Of a stretch of DNA of 64,000 bases, positions 12,535-25,250 are shown one piece after another. The DNA is taken from assembly GCA_016746295.1 (NCBI GenBank), contig JAEAOA010001935.1, positions 2,674,024 through 2,738,023 on the forward strand, read 5' to 3'. The stretch's first letter is position 1, and the number at the start of each line of letters is the position of its first letter. This stretch comes from Potamilus streckersoni (Eukaryota). The notes beneath the pieces are model-generated. The model saw nothing but the letters and a program-made list of their open reading frames with translations, made no database searches and had not been told where the DNA came from. The translations under genes were made by a program, and so were the position numbers.

Positions 12535-13084
12535 GTAAAAGTTTAATCAGTGTGAAAATGGGAAAAGAGTTAACTTAAGCTTAGGTTGACATACACTATA
12601 TACACTTTGTGATCCAAATAATGTTTTGTGACTCATTATAATTTTTTATAATTTGCATATATGCCACAGATCTATTGAATCCAGTTACATTTTAGCAGAT
12701 GTAGGAGTTTTTGAAAAGTGAATTATTTTATTCTTGTTACAATGAGATCATGTAGCAGGTGATTTTATGAACTCATTTGTTGTAATGCCCACACTGTGTG
12801 CATAAAAATTAAAAGCTTATGATTATAAGACACACTGATGACATCATAGATTTATCCCATCACATTTATGTACATACCAGAAGGATCAGCTACCTTAGTC
12901 TGTATTGATATCCCTCCAGTTTTTGGAAATTCTTCCTCCTGTTGTTGTACCCAATAAAACACATGTAAGATCCATTTTTTAGATTGATAATGAGACAACC
13001 AGCAAGCAGTGTGGTAAGTTCCAAGAAAACGTATGAGTTTTAACCAGCTATTTTAAAATGTACACCATGTTGCTCTCATGTTCT

Positions 13085-13200
13085 GATTATTTGATTTGCT
13101 GTATATCTTTTAGCTGTCACCTTGATAGGACTTAGTTTGTAAGACATATCTTTGTTGAATATACCTGACAGTTTAGGTAAAAATTTCTAGAAGTTTTATG
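13085..13200. repeat. Dispersed repeat copy, same family as 61380-61660
   Basis: The segment ...caccatgtt...ctgtat...ccttgataggacttagtttgtaagacatatctttgttgaatatacctgacagtttaggtaaaa is about 80% identical to two tandem copies at 61380-61660. Confidence 0.6.
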
Positions 13201-13236
13201 TACCACCCTGATGCAGTAAGATTTTATAAAGCAGCC

Positions 13237-13328
13237 AGTAAATGTTTTATCACACCTATGGTATACAGTAAATGTTTTATCACACCTATGGTATACAGTA
13301 AATGTTTTATCACACCCATGGTATACAG
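13237..13328. repeat. Minisatellite, 30-bp unit x3
   Basis: Three copies of cagtaaatgttttatcacacctatggtata. Confidence 0.85.
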
Positions 13329-13801
13329 ATATTCTGAAAAATTAACCCTGCAGATCTGATTGTACTAAGAAAGAATCATTAATAATATACTAATAATAAA
13401 TTCTTGAAATATATTTATGTTAATAGATCATAGTTTTATAAAGTTTCCAGTAGATTATAGTGATGATGAGAATGGTGTAGTGCAGCTGAATAAAAACCTA
13501 TGTAAATGAATTTCTTGAAGGACAATCAGAATTTCCTTGTTATGTTTCCCTGATCATTTATTTTTATGTTAGCAAGTTTTATTTTTTTTAACCATTTTTG
13601 CATTGAATGTCAACAAAAAAAGAACCATCTGTTCTTTCTTTAAAATCTATAAAATAATATAAAAATATTTTATTCACTTTTTCAATATGATTTCAGTGCA
13701 CTACCCATGCCTAAGAGCCATATTAGAGTGGTGACATGTTGCAGTGGTTGCACAATAAATCCCTAGTAATTGCCTAACATTTCTCTTTTCTCATTTTTCA
13801 G

Positions 13802-13965
13802 AGATGATTGCAGGTGGATTGACTCGTTTGAAAGGATTAGCAATTAACTTGGGAGATGAAATTGAGAAGCAGAATGAACAATTGGATAGAATAGATCCAT
13901 TAGTTGAACGAGCCAATATAAAAATGACTGACCAGAATAAACAGATGAGGCATATATTAAAATGA
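13802..13965 (+). CDS. SNAP29: SNAP29 last coding exon (second SNARE motif) including the stop
   Basis: The acceptor is tcatttttcag| at 13800-13801. The phase-1 junction g|AG gives E. The exon then reads MIAGGLTRLKGLAINLGDEIEKQNEQLDRIDPLVERANIKMTDQNKQMRHILK*, matching human SNAP29 ...[54 protein letters not shown]. The TGA stop is at 13963-13965. The three exons give a predicted protein of about 264 aa. The 3'UTR end is not determined. Confidence 0.9.
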
Positions 13966-16609
13966 AACACACTAAAATTATAGCTTGTTCTTTGTATGCA
14001 TGTTAGGTAGAATTTAGTGCATGTTAAAGATGCAATCGTGGTTAGATAGTTTAGTTCCAAAAGAAGATATTTTAATAAGAATTTCAAACTACCATTCTGT
14101 CTCAATTGAAATGGAAATGGAGGTGGCATTATTATGTATTTCAAAAAAAGGAATAATTGAAAAAAAAACAATTTATTTTTTCCAAACTTCCAGAATATTT
14201 AAATTGAAATAATTTTTCAAGGCAAAATTTTTTTTAATGTAGATTCAAGAAAATATCCTTATTTAGGGAGGCCAGAGACATCATGGTATTCAGTAGTTGT
14301 AGAAATATTATATATTTATGGATGCCTTGCATTTATATAAAGTAATTAAACAGCCTGTAACAAAAACTGAGTATATCTTAACATTTATCAGTTTAAACTT
14401 ATAAGGAATAATCTTTGTTATGAAAGGTGTCCTTTGGTCAGTTTTGTAGTGACCTCCACCTTTGTGAATGCCCAGCAACAAAGCTTTAAAGAACAAATGT
14501 GTCTGACTGTAAAACAGATAATTACAAAATGTGTAGTGACTTATTACATTGAGATAATTTGGGTTTTAATAACTTTTGATAGATGAGCAGGTCTGCAAGA
14601 TTTCTAGCTATATTTTAGAAACAGTCTATTGCACCAATTAAAATAATAGTCATTTGTTCCAGATATACTGAATGCACAGTGATATTTGGAAATAAATTTG
14701 GCAGTGAAAACGTATATATAACTTGATAAAAGAATAAATATTCCTATACACTGCCAATTTTAGAACTTTTTAGAAACCAATTTGTTAGCATCATGCATCA
14801 TGCAAAATTGTAATAACTCGGATAATGTTTTTAAGATGGTCTAGAAATTTGTTGGAATGTAGAAACTGGTAAGGCATTGATATTTAGTAAATACTTCTCA
14901 GAACAATTTGTAGACACTCCCTTGCCTTTTTGACCTGGACTGTAATAATATTTACATTAACAGAACTGCAATGATGTAGAAAGCACACTTCAAAATCTAG
15001 ACACAGTCCACTTAAGGAATGTGCTCTTGCATTATCACATTTATCTTAAATTTGTTAAGGGCTGGTCTTAGGCTGATTGGACCAATTCCCATGCTCACAG
15101 GGGTCCCATGCGCAAGTAATTTTTTTAAATATATGTCTATAGAGAGAAAGTAATTTTATGCTATGGAGGAAAATTTTAAGTTCAGTATCATATAAAACAA
15201 GATTATTTGCAAATGCTGTGCTTACAGGGGGCTCCACACTTAAATCCATGGGGTCCCGCCAAAATGATCCACATTTGCAAAGTCAGTGCTGCATTTGTTA
15301 CCAATTTGCTCTGAACTAAAGCTGGAAATAGGAAATGTTAATTCAGTTTACAAACAAGGAGACAAGTTGTGCATACAATTTTGTTATATCTCTAAACTAG
15401 GTAGGTGTAAAGTATCCCAAATAATGTATTTTTGTATAACTGTCTTATATAAACTGTAACTTATTTTAAAGTGGTTATTTGCCATTGGGTTTCAGTCCTA
15501 AAGATTAGGCCATTATACAATTCTGTAATACATGTATTAATAATACCTTTTGCAAAGCAGTTGATAATGGCAAAGAATTTGAGTGATATTTTGTGTTCAA
15601 AGCAGGGCCTTCAGTAATGCTTCATCTAAAGGTCTAATTTGAAAACAGAAATATTGCAATCAGAGGTAGATTATTGGAATTGGTTTAGTTTAAACTATTT
15701 TCATAGAACATATTTAAAAATCAGTACTTCAGCATAAGATCTTATTTAAAGACCTGTACTTAGCATGCACCACTCTTTAATTAATATGAATATTAGTATC
15801 ACTGGTATATGGTTTAGCATACACTAAGACTATTTTGCTAATGATATCAGTTTTTGTGGACGACCTAACACTCGCATCTGGTGTTCTGACCTTATCTGGC
15901 ACACATATGGAATAACTTCAAAAGGATTTAAAAGGATACATGTATATTATAAAGTTTAAAACTCAAACTCAAAATAAAATTTTTTTAGTCCTCTTTTTTT
16001 CACCTTGATAAGACCTCTCTTGGTGCAATATTAACTTGATAGTTTACTCGGTATAGAAAAATGTTCAGATAGAATAATACAAGCCAAAACAGGATGAGTT
16101 GAGCAATGAAATATGCTTAAATTTTGTAAGAAATGGAATGAAGAAGACTTTGAATAAGACATTACAGCATGATTTTAAATGCATTGTGGTATGATTCCTC
16201 GATGCTTGAAGGCCATGGTTCCAACAAACCTCCAGCAGATATGTAATAGGCAACTTTTGCCAGGACTGACTTGTATCAAAATTTAGTTTTATCAAGGACT
16301 GTTATGGAGTGGAATCTTCTCCAGTTATGAATAATGATGTATATGTTCTTTAGAGTTGCACTTAAATAAGATTGTAGGAAAGACCCCATTCAGTTAGTCT
16401 TAAGGTTAGAGATTGCACAGATTTTACATAGTGACTTTGACTACATTGTAGCTCCAAAAATTCGTTATCAAATGTGGTGATTCAGAAACAACAAACATTT
16501 TCCTTTAGACTTTACCAAATATATTTTTATTGGGAACCATACACTAGGATTATGGTTCCAAAATATAGACACATCTTCTTTAATAATGGGTAACCTCTTA
16601 CAATTGCTT

Positions 16610-17115
16610 GAACAGTCAGTTGGGGATATTTATTTATTACTTCACATCATTCTGGTATGTATCATATGTTTAGTTACAGTACATTATTCTGGTATTTATT
16701 GTTTATTTAGCTACTGTATATTATACTGGTATAATTTATTTAGGTACTACACATTATTCAGATATGTATCTTTTATTTAGGTACTACACATACATAATTC
16801 TTATATGTATTGTTTATTTAGGTACTACACATACATCATTCTTATATGTATCTTTTATTTAGGTACTGCACATCCATCATTCTTATATGCATCTTTTATT
16901 TAGGTACTGCACATCCATCATTCTGATATGTATCATTTATTTAGGTACTACACATACATTATTCTGATATGTATCATTTATTTAGGTATTACACATACAT
17001 CATTCTAATATGTATCATTTATTTAGGTACTACACATACATCATTCTGATATGTATCATTTATTTAGGTACTACACATACATCATTCTGAAATGTATCAT
17101 TTATTTAAGTACTAC
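16610..17115. repeat. Minisatellite, about 42-bp unit x12
   Basis: Tandem tttaggtactacacatacatcattctgatatgtatcattta. Confidence 0.85.
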
Positions 17116-19811
17116 ACATCGTTCAAGTTAAGGTTAAAAATTACCACCAACCCCATCCTCCATTTAGCCATAGTATTTTAAATAGCATACTTGTCACGTT
17201 GTCAAATTAATAGTTTCAGGTCTTGTCCATTAGCATATGACTTGTATGTCTCATCATTTCCATTAAATTAATGCCTATAACAGTTTTGTATGTACAAGTA
17301 TCATGAAAATTTGTATCATTTTATATTTTCTGTTATCATTTGTTAGTTAATCAGATCAATTTAAGTGAAATTGCTGATGTGGAGAATTAATGCTTGAAAA
17401 AAGCTTAAGTGTGTTGCTTTGCATTTCTATACCTTGTTATGTGATTTTTTTTGGTACTTTTTATGATGATGTTTGAAATAAATATTGTTTAAGCCATGAT
17501 ACATATATCATGTGAATGGTTTGGTATGATCTTTTGTTTAAAAATCAATAATTTCTCAAAAAATGATAGCATGAAGCATGTTCTACACTGGTGATATATC
17601 ACCACACTTCATTTTCTGTACTTACCACAAGCATTGTTTATTCAAGATTCCATTTGAGAGCTCCCCACTCTCAAGCCAGGCTCAGTTTGATTTACTTCAT
17701 GATAATGTGCAGAATTCAGACTGGTTTTACTTCACCATCTTTTACTCAATTTGCATGAAGTTTTCCCTATGAACCAAATATAATTTTCTAATAAAGGGGT
17801 ACAATTTTCAAAAGAAAAGAAAATTGTTTATTCTAATGATAATGCTTTTCTACTTATTGCATGTGGTCATCTCTAAATTTTTTATTTGTAAATTAAACAT
17901 TTGATAAAAGCAGGCATTATTTACATGGATCAAATTATTTACATGGATCAAAGTGTTTGTCATATGGGGGGCCATTAACAAAACAGGAGAGAGGTCATGT
18001 GGTTCAGAAAGCAGATAACAATGAGAAGTCTTGTCCTTTGGATGCTGGTGACCCTTGGTCAAGAATTATTGGTATTAAATGGACATTGTCATTTGAGAGG
18101 CTTCAGGAAGTACAGATGCTGGAATCTCATCCATCAAATATTCACTAGGTTTCAATAAGTCAGCTGAGAAGATAATCTATTTAAATCGATTCCAACTGCA
18201 AACAAGATATGCAATGATTTGCCATCACATAATGTGTCAGACCTGTGTTGTTTGTTCTTCTGATTATTCCAAACAAACTGAAGACTATTAATGCAAAGCC
18301 TTTTTATTAGGGTGATCTGTCAACATGGAGGAAACTGAAATATTATCAAAACAAAACTAATTTTACATGTACGATCACAACCCTCAGTTGAAAATATAGT
18401 TGCAAACCATATTAACTTAACAAATTTTTTGGTGTATATAGTGAAAAATGTTGGGAGGTGCGTGGTTTATTCCTGAACAAGAACATGAGATACATATTGT
18501 ACTGGGTGATGACTAGATTCAAGAGCAAAAGTTAAATGATGAAGTGAAAAAAATGGGGAATTAGAAAAATCCCTAAATAATATCTCACAAACTGCTAAAT
18601 AGAATTTGACTGAATTTGTCACCTCACACAGAGGTCTTTAAATTTTGCATAAACATCTTGAATACTTTCAGTAGAATGTGACCAGATTTGATCGAAAACA
18701 TCCTGAAATGAAGGACTTTTTGATCTTTACAAATGCCAGTTTCCATTCAAATATGGTCACTGTTAACAATGAGAGAACTCTTTAAAAGTCGTGTAAAAAT
18801 CTACTTGTCAGAATTTGACAGAATGCAAGAATAGCTTTCAGATTTATACAATGATTTTTGTCCATCACTCATTACAGATAGCAGTTAATAAAATTTGAAA
18901 AATGATGAAATGACATTTACCCAAAATAAACCACTTAGCAAAGTTTGACCAAATTTGACAGCATTCTGGCAAGAAAGGCATAGGATGATAATTTACTATT
19001 AAATATTGCTATTTGTACATTAACTATAATAAAAGACCTGAACAAAATCTGACCAAATATGACAATGCATCATTACATGAAGGGCTTTCAAATGTTGTAC
19101 AAACAATGCCAGTCCATTATCAATGATGACTATTGTTACTAAAAATAGAAAAACTTTTAAATGATTTCTCAAAAATAGTTGAACAGAATTTCATAAAATG
19201 TGACAGTATTTTGACATGAAGGGCTTTTAACTTTAAACAGTTTATGCCAATTAGCTAACAAATATGAAAGGTAGAAAAATATTGAAAATTCTTGTTAAAA
19301 TTGGCTCGGCTCAAAGATAAATAGCTTTAGTTTAAGACCACATATCTGGCTTTTGCTTTCTTTATGGCTTATACTTGGAGTTGCAAAGAAACCAGCTGAT
19401 TATGAGGTCAAGTTCACTGGCTTAAATAATTTGTTTCTTCACAGCACTTTGGGGTTTAAAAAGAAATTTATGGGGTTGAATGGTCCAATGTCAGTGTTGC
19501 AATAATTTTGATGCCAGGTCAGATACCTTGAGAAAACATTGTTTGTGATTGAAACCTATTGATTTTGGAGTCAAAAAGCCCAGAATCATGGTCACTGTGA
19601 TACAAGCAAGAAAAGTTTTCTGTAAAATATTTTTTTTGGGGATAATTACATAATTTCACAGAGTTTACAACCTGGATAAAGTTTAATTAAAATCTCTACA
19701 GCCATCACCAAAATCTGCATCAGACAAGCAAATGTAAATACATGGATAATGAAGGTCTATAAAATTTTATCATGCTTAATGTGTATAAATGGTGAAAGTA
19801 AAATAACTTTT

Positions 19812-20130
19812 GGCTCAAAATATGTATCAGCTAGTATCAGCTATGGCCTAGGCTATTATCAACTATGACCTAGACTATGTATCGGCTATGGCTTGGGTAT
19901 GTATTAACTATGGCCTAAGCTATGTATCAACTATGGCCCAGGCTATGTATCAACTATGGCCTAGACTATGTATCAACTATGGTCTAGACAATGTATTAAC
20001 TTTAACCTAGACTATGTATAAACTACTGCCTAGGCTATGTATCATCTATGGCCTAGACTATGTCTCATCTATGACCTAGACTATGTATCATCTATGGCCT
20101 AGACTATGTTATCTTACCCAAGCTATGTAG
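19812..20130. repeat. Minisatellite, 23-bp unit x13
   Basis: Tandem ctatgtatcaactatggcctaga. Confidence 0.85.
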
Positions 20131-21842
20131 ATGACTTTCATTTTTAACATGAAAGAAGCCAATTGATTTTACTGGTGTAAGAATAATGGTCACTGTTAAA
20201 TGAGAAAAATGTTTTACTTAGAATAACTTTAGCTGTATACTAATGTAGCCTAACAAGACTTTGTAAATTGAAACTTTAGTGTTTGGGGGTCAGCAGTTAA
20301 GATTACTGTGAGAGCAAGAAGGAAATGGTTTCATCACAGTAACTTAACTTCTAAGATCCCATTCTTTGCCCAAACTTTGTGTATGGTTTAGGAGAAAAAA
20401 GTTGATTTTGAGGTCAAGTTCACTGTGAGATAAAGAAATTGTTTTGTCTCAGTAACTTTGAATAAGAAAGAAATATGGATTTCAGAATCAAAGATCAATG
20501 TTGTTTTAAATCTGATTAAGAAAACTGGCTTTGCACTACTTTTAGACCACATGCCATAATGAAATATAGTGAGTAACTTGCACTTTAGTAAGAAAGAAAC
20601 ATAATGTATTAATTTTAAAGTGCAAATTACCAAGGCCACTAATACAAGTAAGGGAATTGTTTCTGTAAATATTTTTTTATATTTAATAATCACATAATGA
20701 CATCAAACTTGAAGAGGGCTTATTCATAATGGAAGGAAATATTTTATTGTTTGGGATACACAGCTTAAAGGTCAAGGTTATAATGATTCAGATATAGGAA
20801 TTTTTTTTTTTTAAATCATCTTTTAATAAAATTTACAAATGGTTTGTTCAAATTTGGACAAGGAAGAAATTTAATATAGGGTTAAAAGATATGGCTAAAG
20901 TCGTGGATGCCCGTTGGTGAACACCCTACTAGTGACTGTACAGGTTGATTAAAAATGGGGTGGGTGTATTATCTACTATTCAAAGTATATATGTTTAAAT
21001 ATGATTGGTTATCTTTAATGACTGCCATTTTGAATATATGCAACAGATGCAAAACCTATTTGATAAAATTAAGTTAATAAGGTCTTTCATATCTTGTTTA
21101 AAATTTTAATCTTTCCAAACTATATTGTGTGGGAGAAGAGCAGCTACATAACCCCACATAATCCCATACACTTTGGTTGAGAGTATTTGAATATATATAT
21201 ATCGTTTCATATAAAGAGCGTCAAAATGTGTGTTATCATGATCACCTTTGAAAAAAAAAATTTTGATACGTAAAATGCATGCCTTTTTAAACATGGATTT
21301 TTTTCAGTTATGGAAAATCATAACAGACACTGGATTAAAAACAAAGTGTATTCACGTTTTGGGGAAGGCCATGACCTTTATAAAAAAAAACTGCAGTCTA
21401 AATATCCCCATTAAAACACTACTCATTGTAAAAATCGGTGTATGCAAGTGAAAACAGCATGGAAATAAATCAGAATGTGCAATATTTTACAAACAGTATC
21501 TGAATCTTCTTATGGTAACAATGGAATTGACATGGTAAAACGAATCAGATCCAACACCACTAGCTGGAAGAACCAATTGAATGCAGTCTGCTTTGAATAG
21601 CAAAATATTACTGCACAGCTCCAAATGAAGTGTTCCTTGCATTATATCATTAATATGATGTAACATTTTCCATTAGTCTATCAAACTGTTCTCCAGAAGA
21701 TGTTTCTGCTAAAAAGAGGCTGATTTGAACTTTCGTTTGCAGCGACATTCAGGGCCGTAGAGAGCGATCACTGGCTCGAGGGTAAGAAGCACACGGGCCT
21801 CTCCTAATTCTTGTTCAAACAAAATGTTTCTTTTATCAAATT

Positions 21843-21882
21843 TAAAAGTGTTGTTCGGCCTGGGCCCGGGCCCCGGCCCCGG
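21843..21882. repeat. GC-rich (GGGCCC)-like low-complexity, near-palindromic tract
   Basis: The run ggcctgggcccgggccccggccccgggg forms a GC island in AT-rich surroundings. Confidence 0.6.
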
Positions 21883-21994
21883 GGATATAACCCTAATTGA
21901 CCCTCCCACCCTTGTCGACCCTGGCGACATTTTATGGAAAGTGAGAGAGCCACCTGGAAATCAGTTTACAAGTTGCACCATTTGCTGTAGTCAG

Positions 21995-22315
21995 AGTTTT
22001 CTCTGACCCTTGACACACCCATTTTTGATATTTGGTTTTTTTTATGTTGGGGTGTAGGGTCAGAGTCTATTCCCTATCAAAAACTTGGAATTTGCCGCAC
22101 TATTTGGTGTCGGCATAGGGTACTTGCCTACAATCAGGCGTAGCATTTAAATGACCTTACATTGACCCATTGTTACATTAAATCGATAGGGAAATCATTA
22201 ATCTTCTCAGAAATTAAAAGAATAATATCGATTTTGTCTTTAATCCGTTGTCAGACAAGACACCCCAACATAAAAAATAACAAATATAAAAAATGGTGTG
22301 TCAAGGGTCAGAAGA
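21995..22315. mobile_element. MITE-like element with about 55-bp terminal inverted repeats
   Basis: The sequence ctctgacccttgacacacccatttttgatatttggttttttttatgttggggtgt at 21995-22050 is the reverse complement of acaccccaacataaaaaataacaaatataaaaaatggtgtgtcaagggtcagaag at 22258-22315. Confidence 0.65.
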
Positions 22316-24799
22316 AACTCGGACTACATTTGCTTATACATGGTATTCATTAGCAATATAATATCACATGCCAGTAATTAGTAAACTATGTTTCGTCCGA
22401 TTGGGTTCATTGGTAAGGCTGTCATGTTTTAAAAAAAAATTGTACATTTGCAGTAAGTTGCAGATGACTATAAACTGGAATCAAAATAGCCTTGTCAGCA
22501 AGAGATCAAAATTAAGGGAAATCTAAATTTTAAAAAAAAATCAAAACTATTTTAATTTCTGTCCTGTGCATAAATAAATACTGCATTACTTTTTAGCACA
22601 TGAGTCTGACGTTTTATCAATAAAGTTTGAGGATGATTTTAATTTTTTTTCCATTTCCATTTATTCATTGCACTTCTATTTATCCATTAAACACCATAAA
22701 TACTGTAATGTTAATAGCATTCCGCTACTCTGACCATGTTTGTTCTTGTAGGTGTTGTTTTTATTTTCTTTCTTTATTTCCATGTATCATTTAAACACCA
22801 CTTTTACATAATGTTAATTAATTGCACTTTGATGCTCCGACAACAGATTTCCTTTTTCCCTTGCACTTCCACGTATCTTAACACTCAAACACAATGTAAT
22901 TAGTGTTTTGCTGCTCTGACCATGTTTTTTTTCCTTAGCACTTTCACTCATCCTTTTAACACCACTCTTAACGACTTTCTTCCGAAAAACTTCCAACATT
23001 ATCTTTTTGACGAAATGGTTTCCTTTCTTCAGCTTTTCTAAAATTTAGACACATTTAGACAATTTCATAAACCAATAAGTGTAATAAGCTTCATGCAAAC
23101 AAGATGAGATGTTCAATTTCATAACTATGCGCATTTGTTTATAACTCTCTGTTTTACGGATTTCTTTGACTTTTTGCGATTACTTGTTTGATTATGGGAA
23201 GTCGGTCCTGTAGGAATATTCCTCAGACCAAAATAATTAGCCAATTGCTAGGAAAAAACGTCACGGTGTGAAGTGTTAGGGAGTTTTCCATGACGCCATT
23301 TTTTACTTTTGGTAACTTCAGGCCAGATCCACATGAGTGTCCCTGCAGTTCGGTAGTCCTTATTAAAATATAATTGTGTAAATTGATTGTGTTACTCCAG
23401 GTGAAATATTTATGATTGGAGGCTGGTAAATTATACAATGGAATCAGCGAGGAGGGACTGTCCCATTGTCTGCAGGTGCCGTTTATTGTTCTGTGGTGGA
23501 AAATATGGTGCAAAGTTACAGGCGAAATGAAATGTGTCCTAAGATGATTTGACTGGCATAAGGTGGCGTGGTAAAATAGTTCTCTATATTAGGTGATTGA
23601 GTTGTATAGTTTCATGGCATGAAACAGTGGCAGTACGTTACGGAAAGTTAATTAAGAAAAAATATGCAATTGTGAGGTTGACAATTGGGAAGTTGTGAGA
23701 TTTGTGGTCTTGTAATAGTTAGAATAAAATTTTTTATTAAATGGACATGTTGGACTTGCTACTTTGCAACACTAGATGTGTGAGAGCCTTTTAGAATCAG
23801 GGGAAATTTATGACTCATAGTGGGATTCGCGCCAGGGTTTGACATCGCTCAGTCAAGAAACCACTTTGATTGTTACAGTTTCATCCAATATGTCATTGGC
23901 TTCAAAATGTAGGTCCATTTAAGACTGTTCATGCCTGATTCACACATAGCAAGACTAGTAAATTTTGCAAGTTTCAGTGTATATTTACAGTACTTTATAC
24001 GTGCTTCCTTTATGATGTGGTACAAAGCCCCAAATTTTACCTACATAGAAAGTATACGCATAGAGCAAAGGGCAGCATCAGAGGATAAAAAACTAAGCAA
24101 CTTGCCTTTCTCTGTACATCTATGATTTGACAATTACGCCAGGCTATTATATTTTTTGTCAACGCGTGGTGAACATGATTGCTGCCAGTGTCAATGTACT
24201 GTTTGGTATAGCCTGGGACAAAACCAAACGAAGTATCACCCTCAGGCACCATAAAATGACCCGCCGCCTACTGATAAAATTTGTGGAGGGCAATTTGTTG
24301 AGCAATACATTTTGTCCTGATATTTTTGACATTTTTGGGCGGGGACGTCAAGATGTTCAGGGGTGAACTCGTACCACCCATTATCAGCATCGTGGATTTA
24401 GACAGTATTTTTTATTCATTCTAGAAATGAACCAAGGACTGAAGTTGATCTTTGTGCACTCCGATGTGGTGGAATACAACGTGGTGGGTCACCTCTGTAT
24501 CGTAATGCGTGTCCTGCCTTTCAACAATGTATTTAGCCACGTCCGCTGTCCTGGAAGATGAAATTATCATCATTATTTGGCCGTCAGTAAGTTGGGTTTC
24601 GACACTGTCTACATTACTCTAAAAGGAGATCTAGGACAAAATATTCCATTCATCAAAGGGAATGTTACGGTGAAACTACATTTTTTAAAAATATTCTCTA
24701 ACGACTTGTAAGTAGGTATCCTGTGTAGTGAGGAGTAGCTTGACAACGAGGACATGGTTAAAGAGATATGCTGAAATCGGCATTTTGTTCGGTGGCCCC

Positions 24800-24995
24800 T
24801 GTTTTGAAACCAAGGATGCCACAAAGATTCCACGCATTGAAAGATGCCACGAGGATTCCATGCCTTGAAAAATGCCACGAGGATTTCAAGCCTTGAAAGA
24901 TGCCACGAGGATTCCATGCCTTGAAAGATGCCACAAATATTCCACGCCTTGAAAGATGACATGAGGATTCCACGCCTTGAAAGATGCCACTTTGA
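24800..24995. repeat. Minisatellite, 28-bp unit x7
   Basis: Tandem gccttgaaagatgccacgaggattccat. Confidence 0.85.
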
Positions 24996-25094
24996 CGCAA
25001 GGCAAATAATTTCTCCATCATGTCATCATCGACAAACAAAACCCCAAAGCATCTTTCTTGAAAGCAGGCAAAAATGTCTTGCTTCAAACTGGCA

Positions 25095-25250
25095 AAGATG
25101 TGCGAGTACGTTTGTGTGTGGATTTGTTTGTGTTTGTATGTATGTGTGTGCGTATATGTTTGTTTTTCTATTGTGTTTGTGTGTATGTGTGCGTGTGTAC
25201 ATTTGTATGTGTGTATTTTTTTACCTTAACAAATTCAATGTCTCTGCACT
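25095..25250. repeat. Imperfect (TG)n/(TGTA)n microsatellite
   Basis: GT-rich low-complexity run gtgtgtgtttgtatgtatgtgtgtgcgtatatg.... The ORFs the supplied track calls here are artefacts. Confidence 0.8.

Noticed and set aside
13791-14171. ORF of 126 aa on the - strand
   Set aside because: It is antisense to the SNAP29 last exon and 3' flank. It is low-complexity and Phe/Leu-rich.
24037-24560. ORFs of 60-80 aa on both strands in a slightly GC-richer stretch (for example YIVERQDTHYDTEVTHHVVFHHIGVHKDQLQS on the minus strand)
   Set aside because: It is possibly a decayed transposon fragment, but I could not match any recognisable motif, so I made no call.
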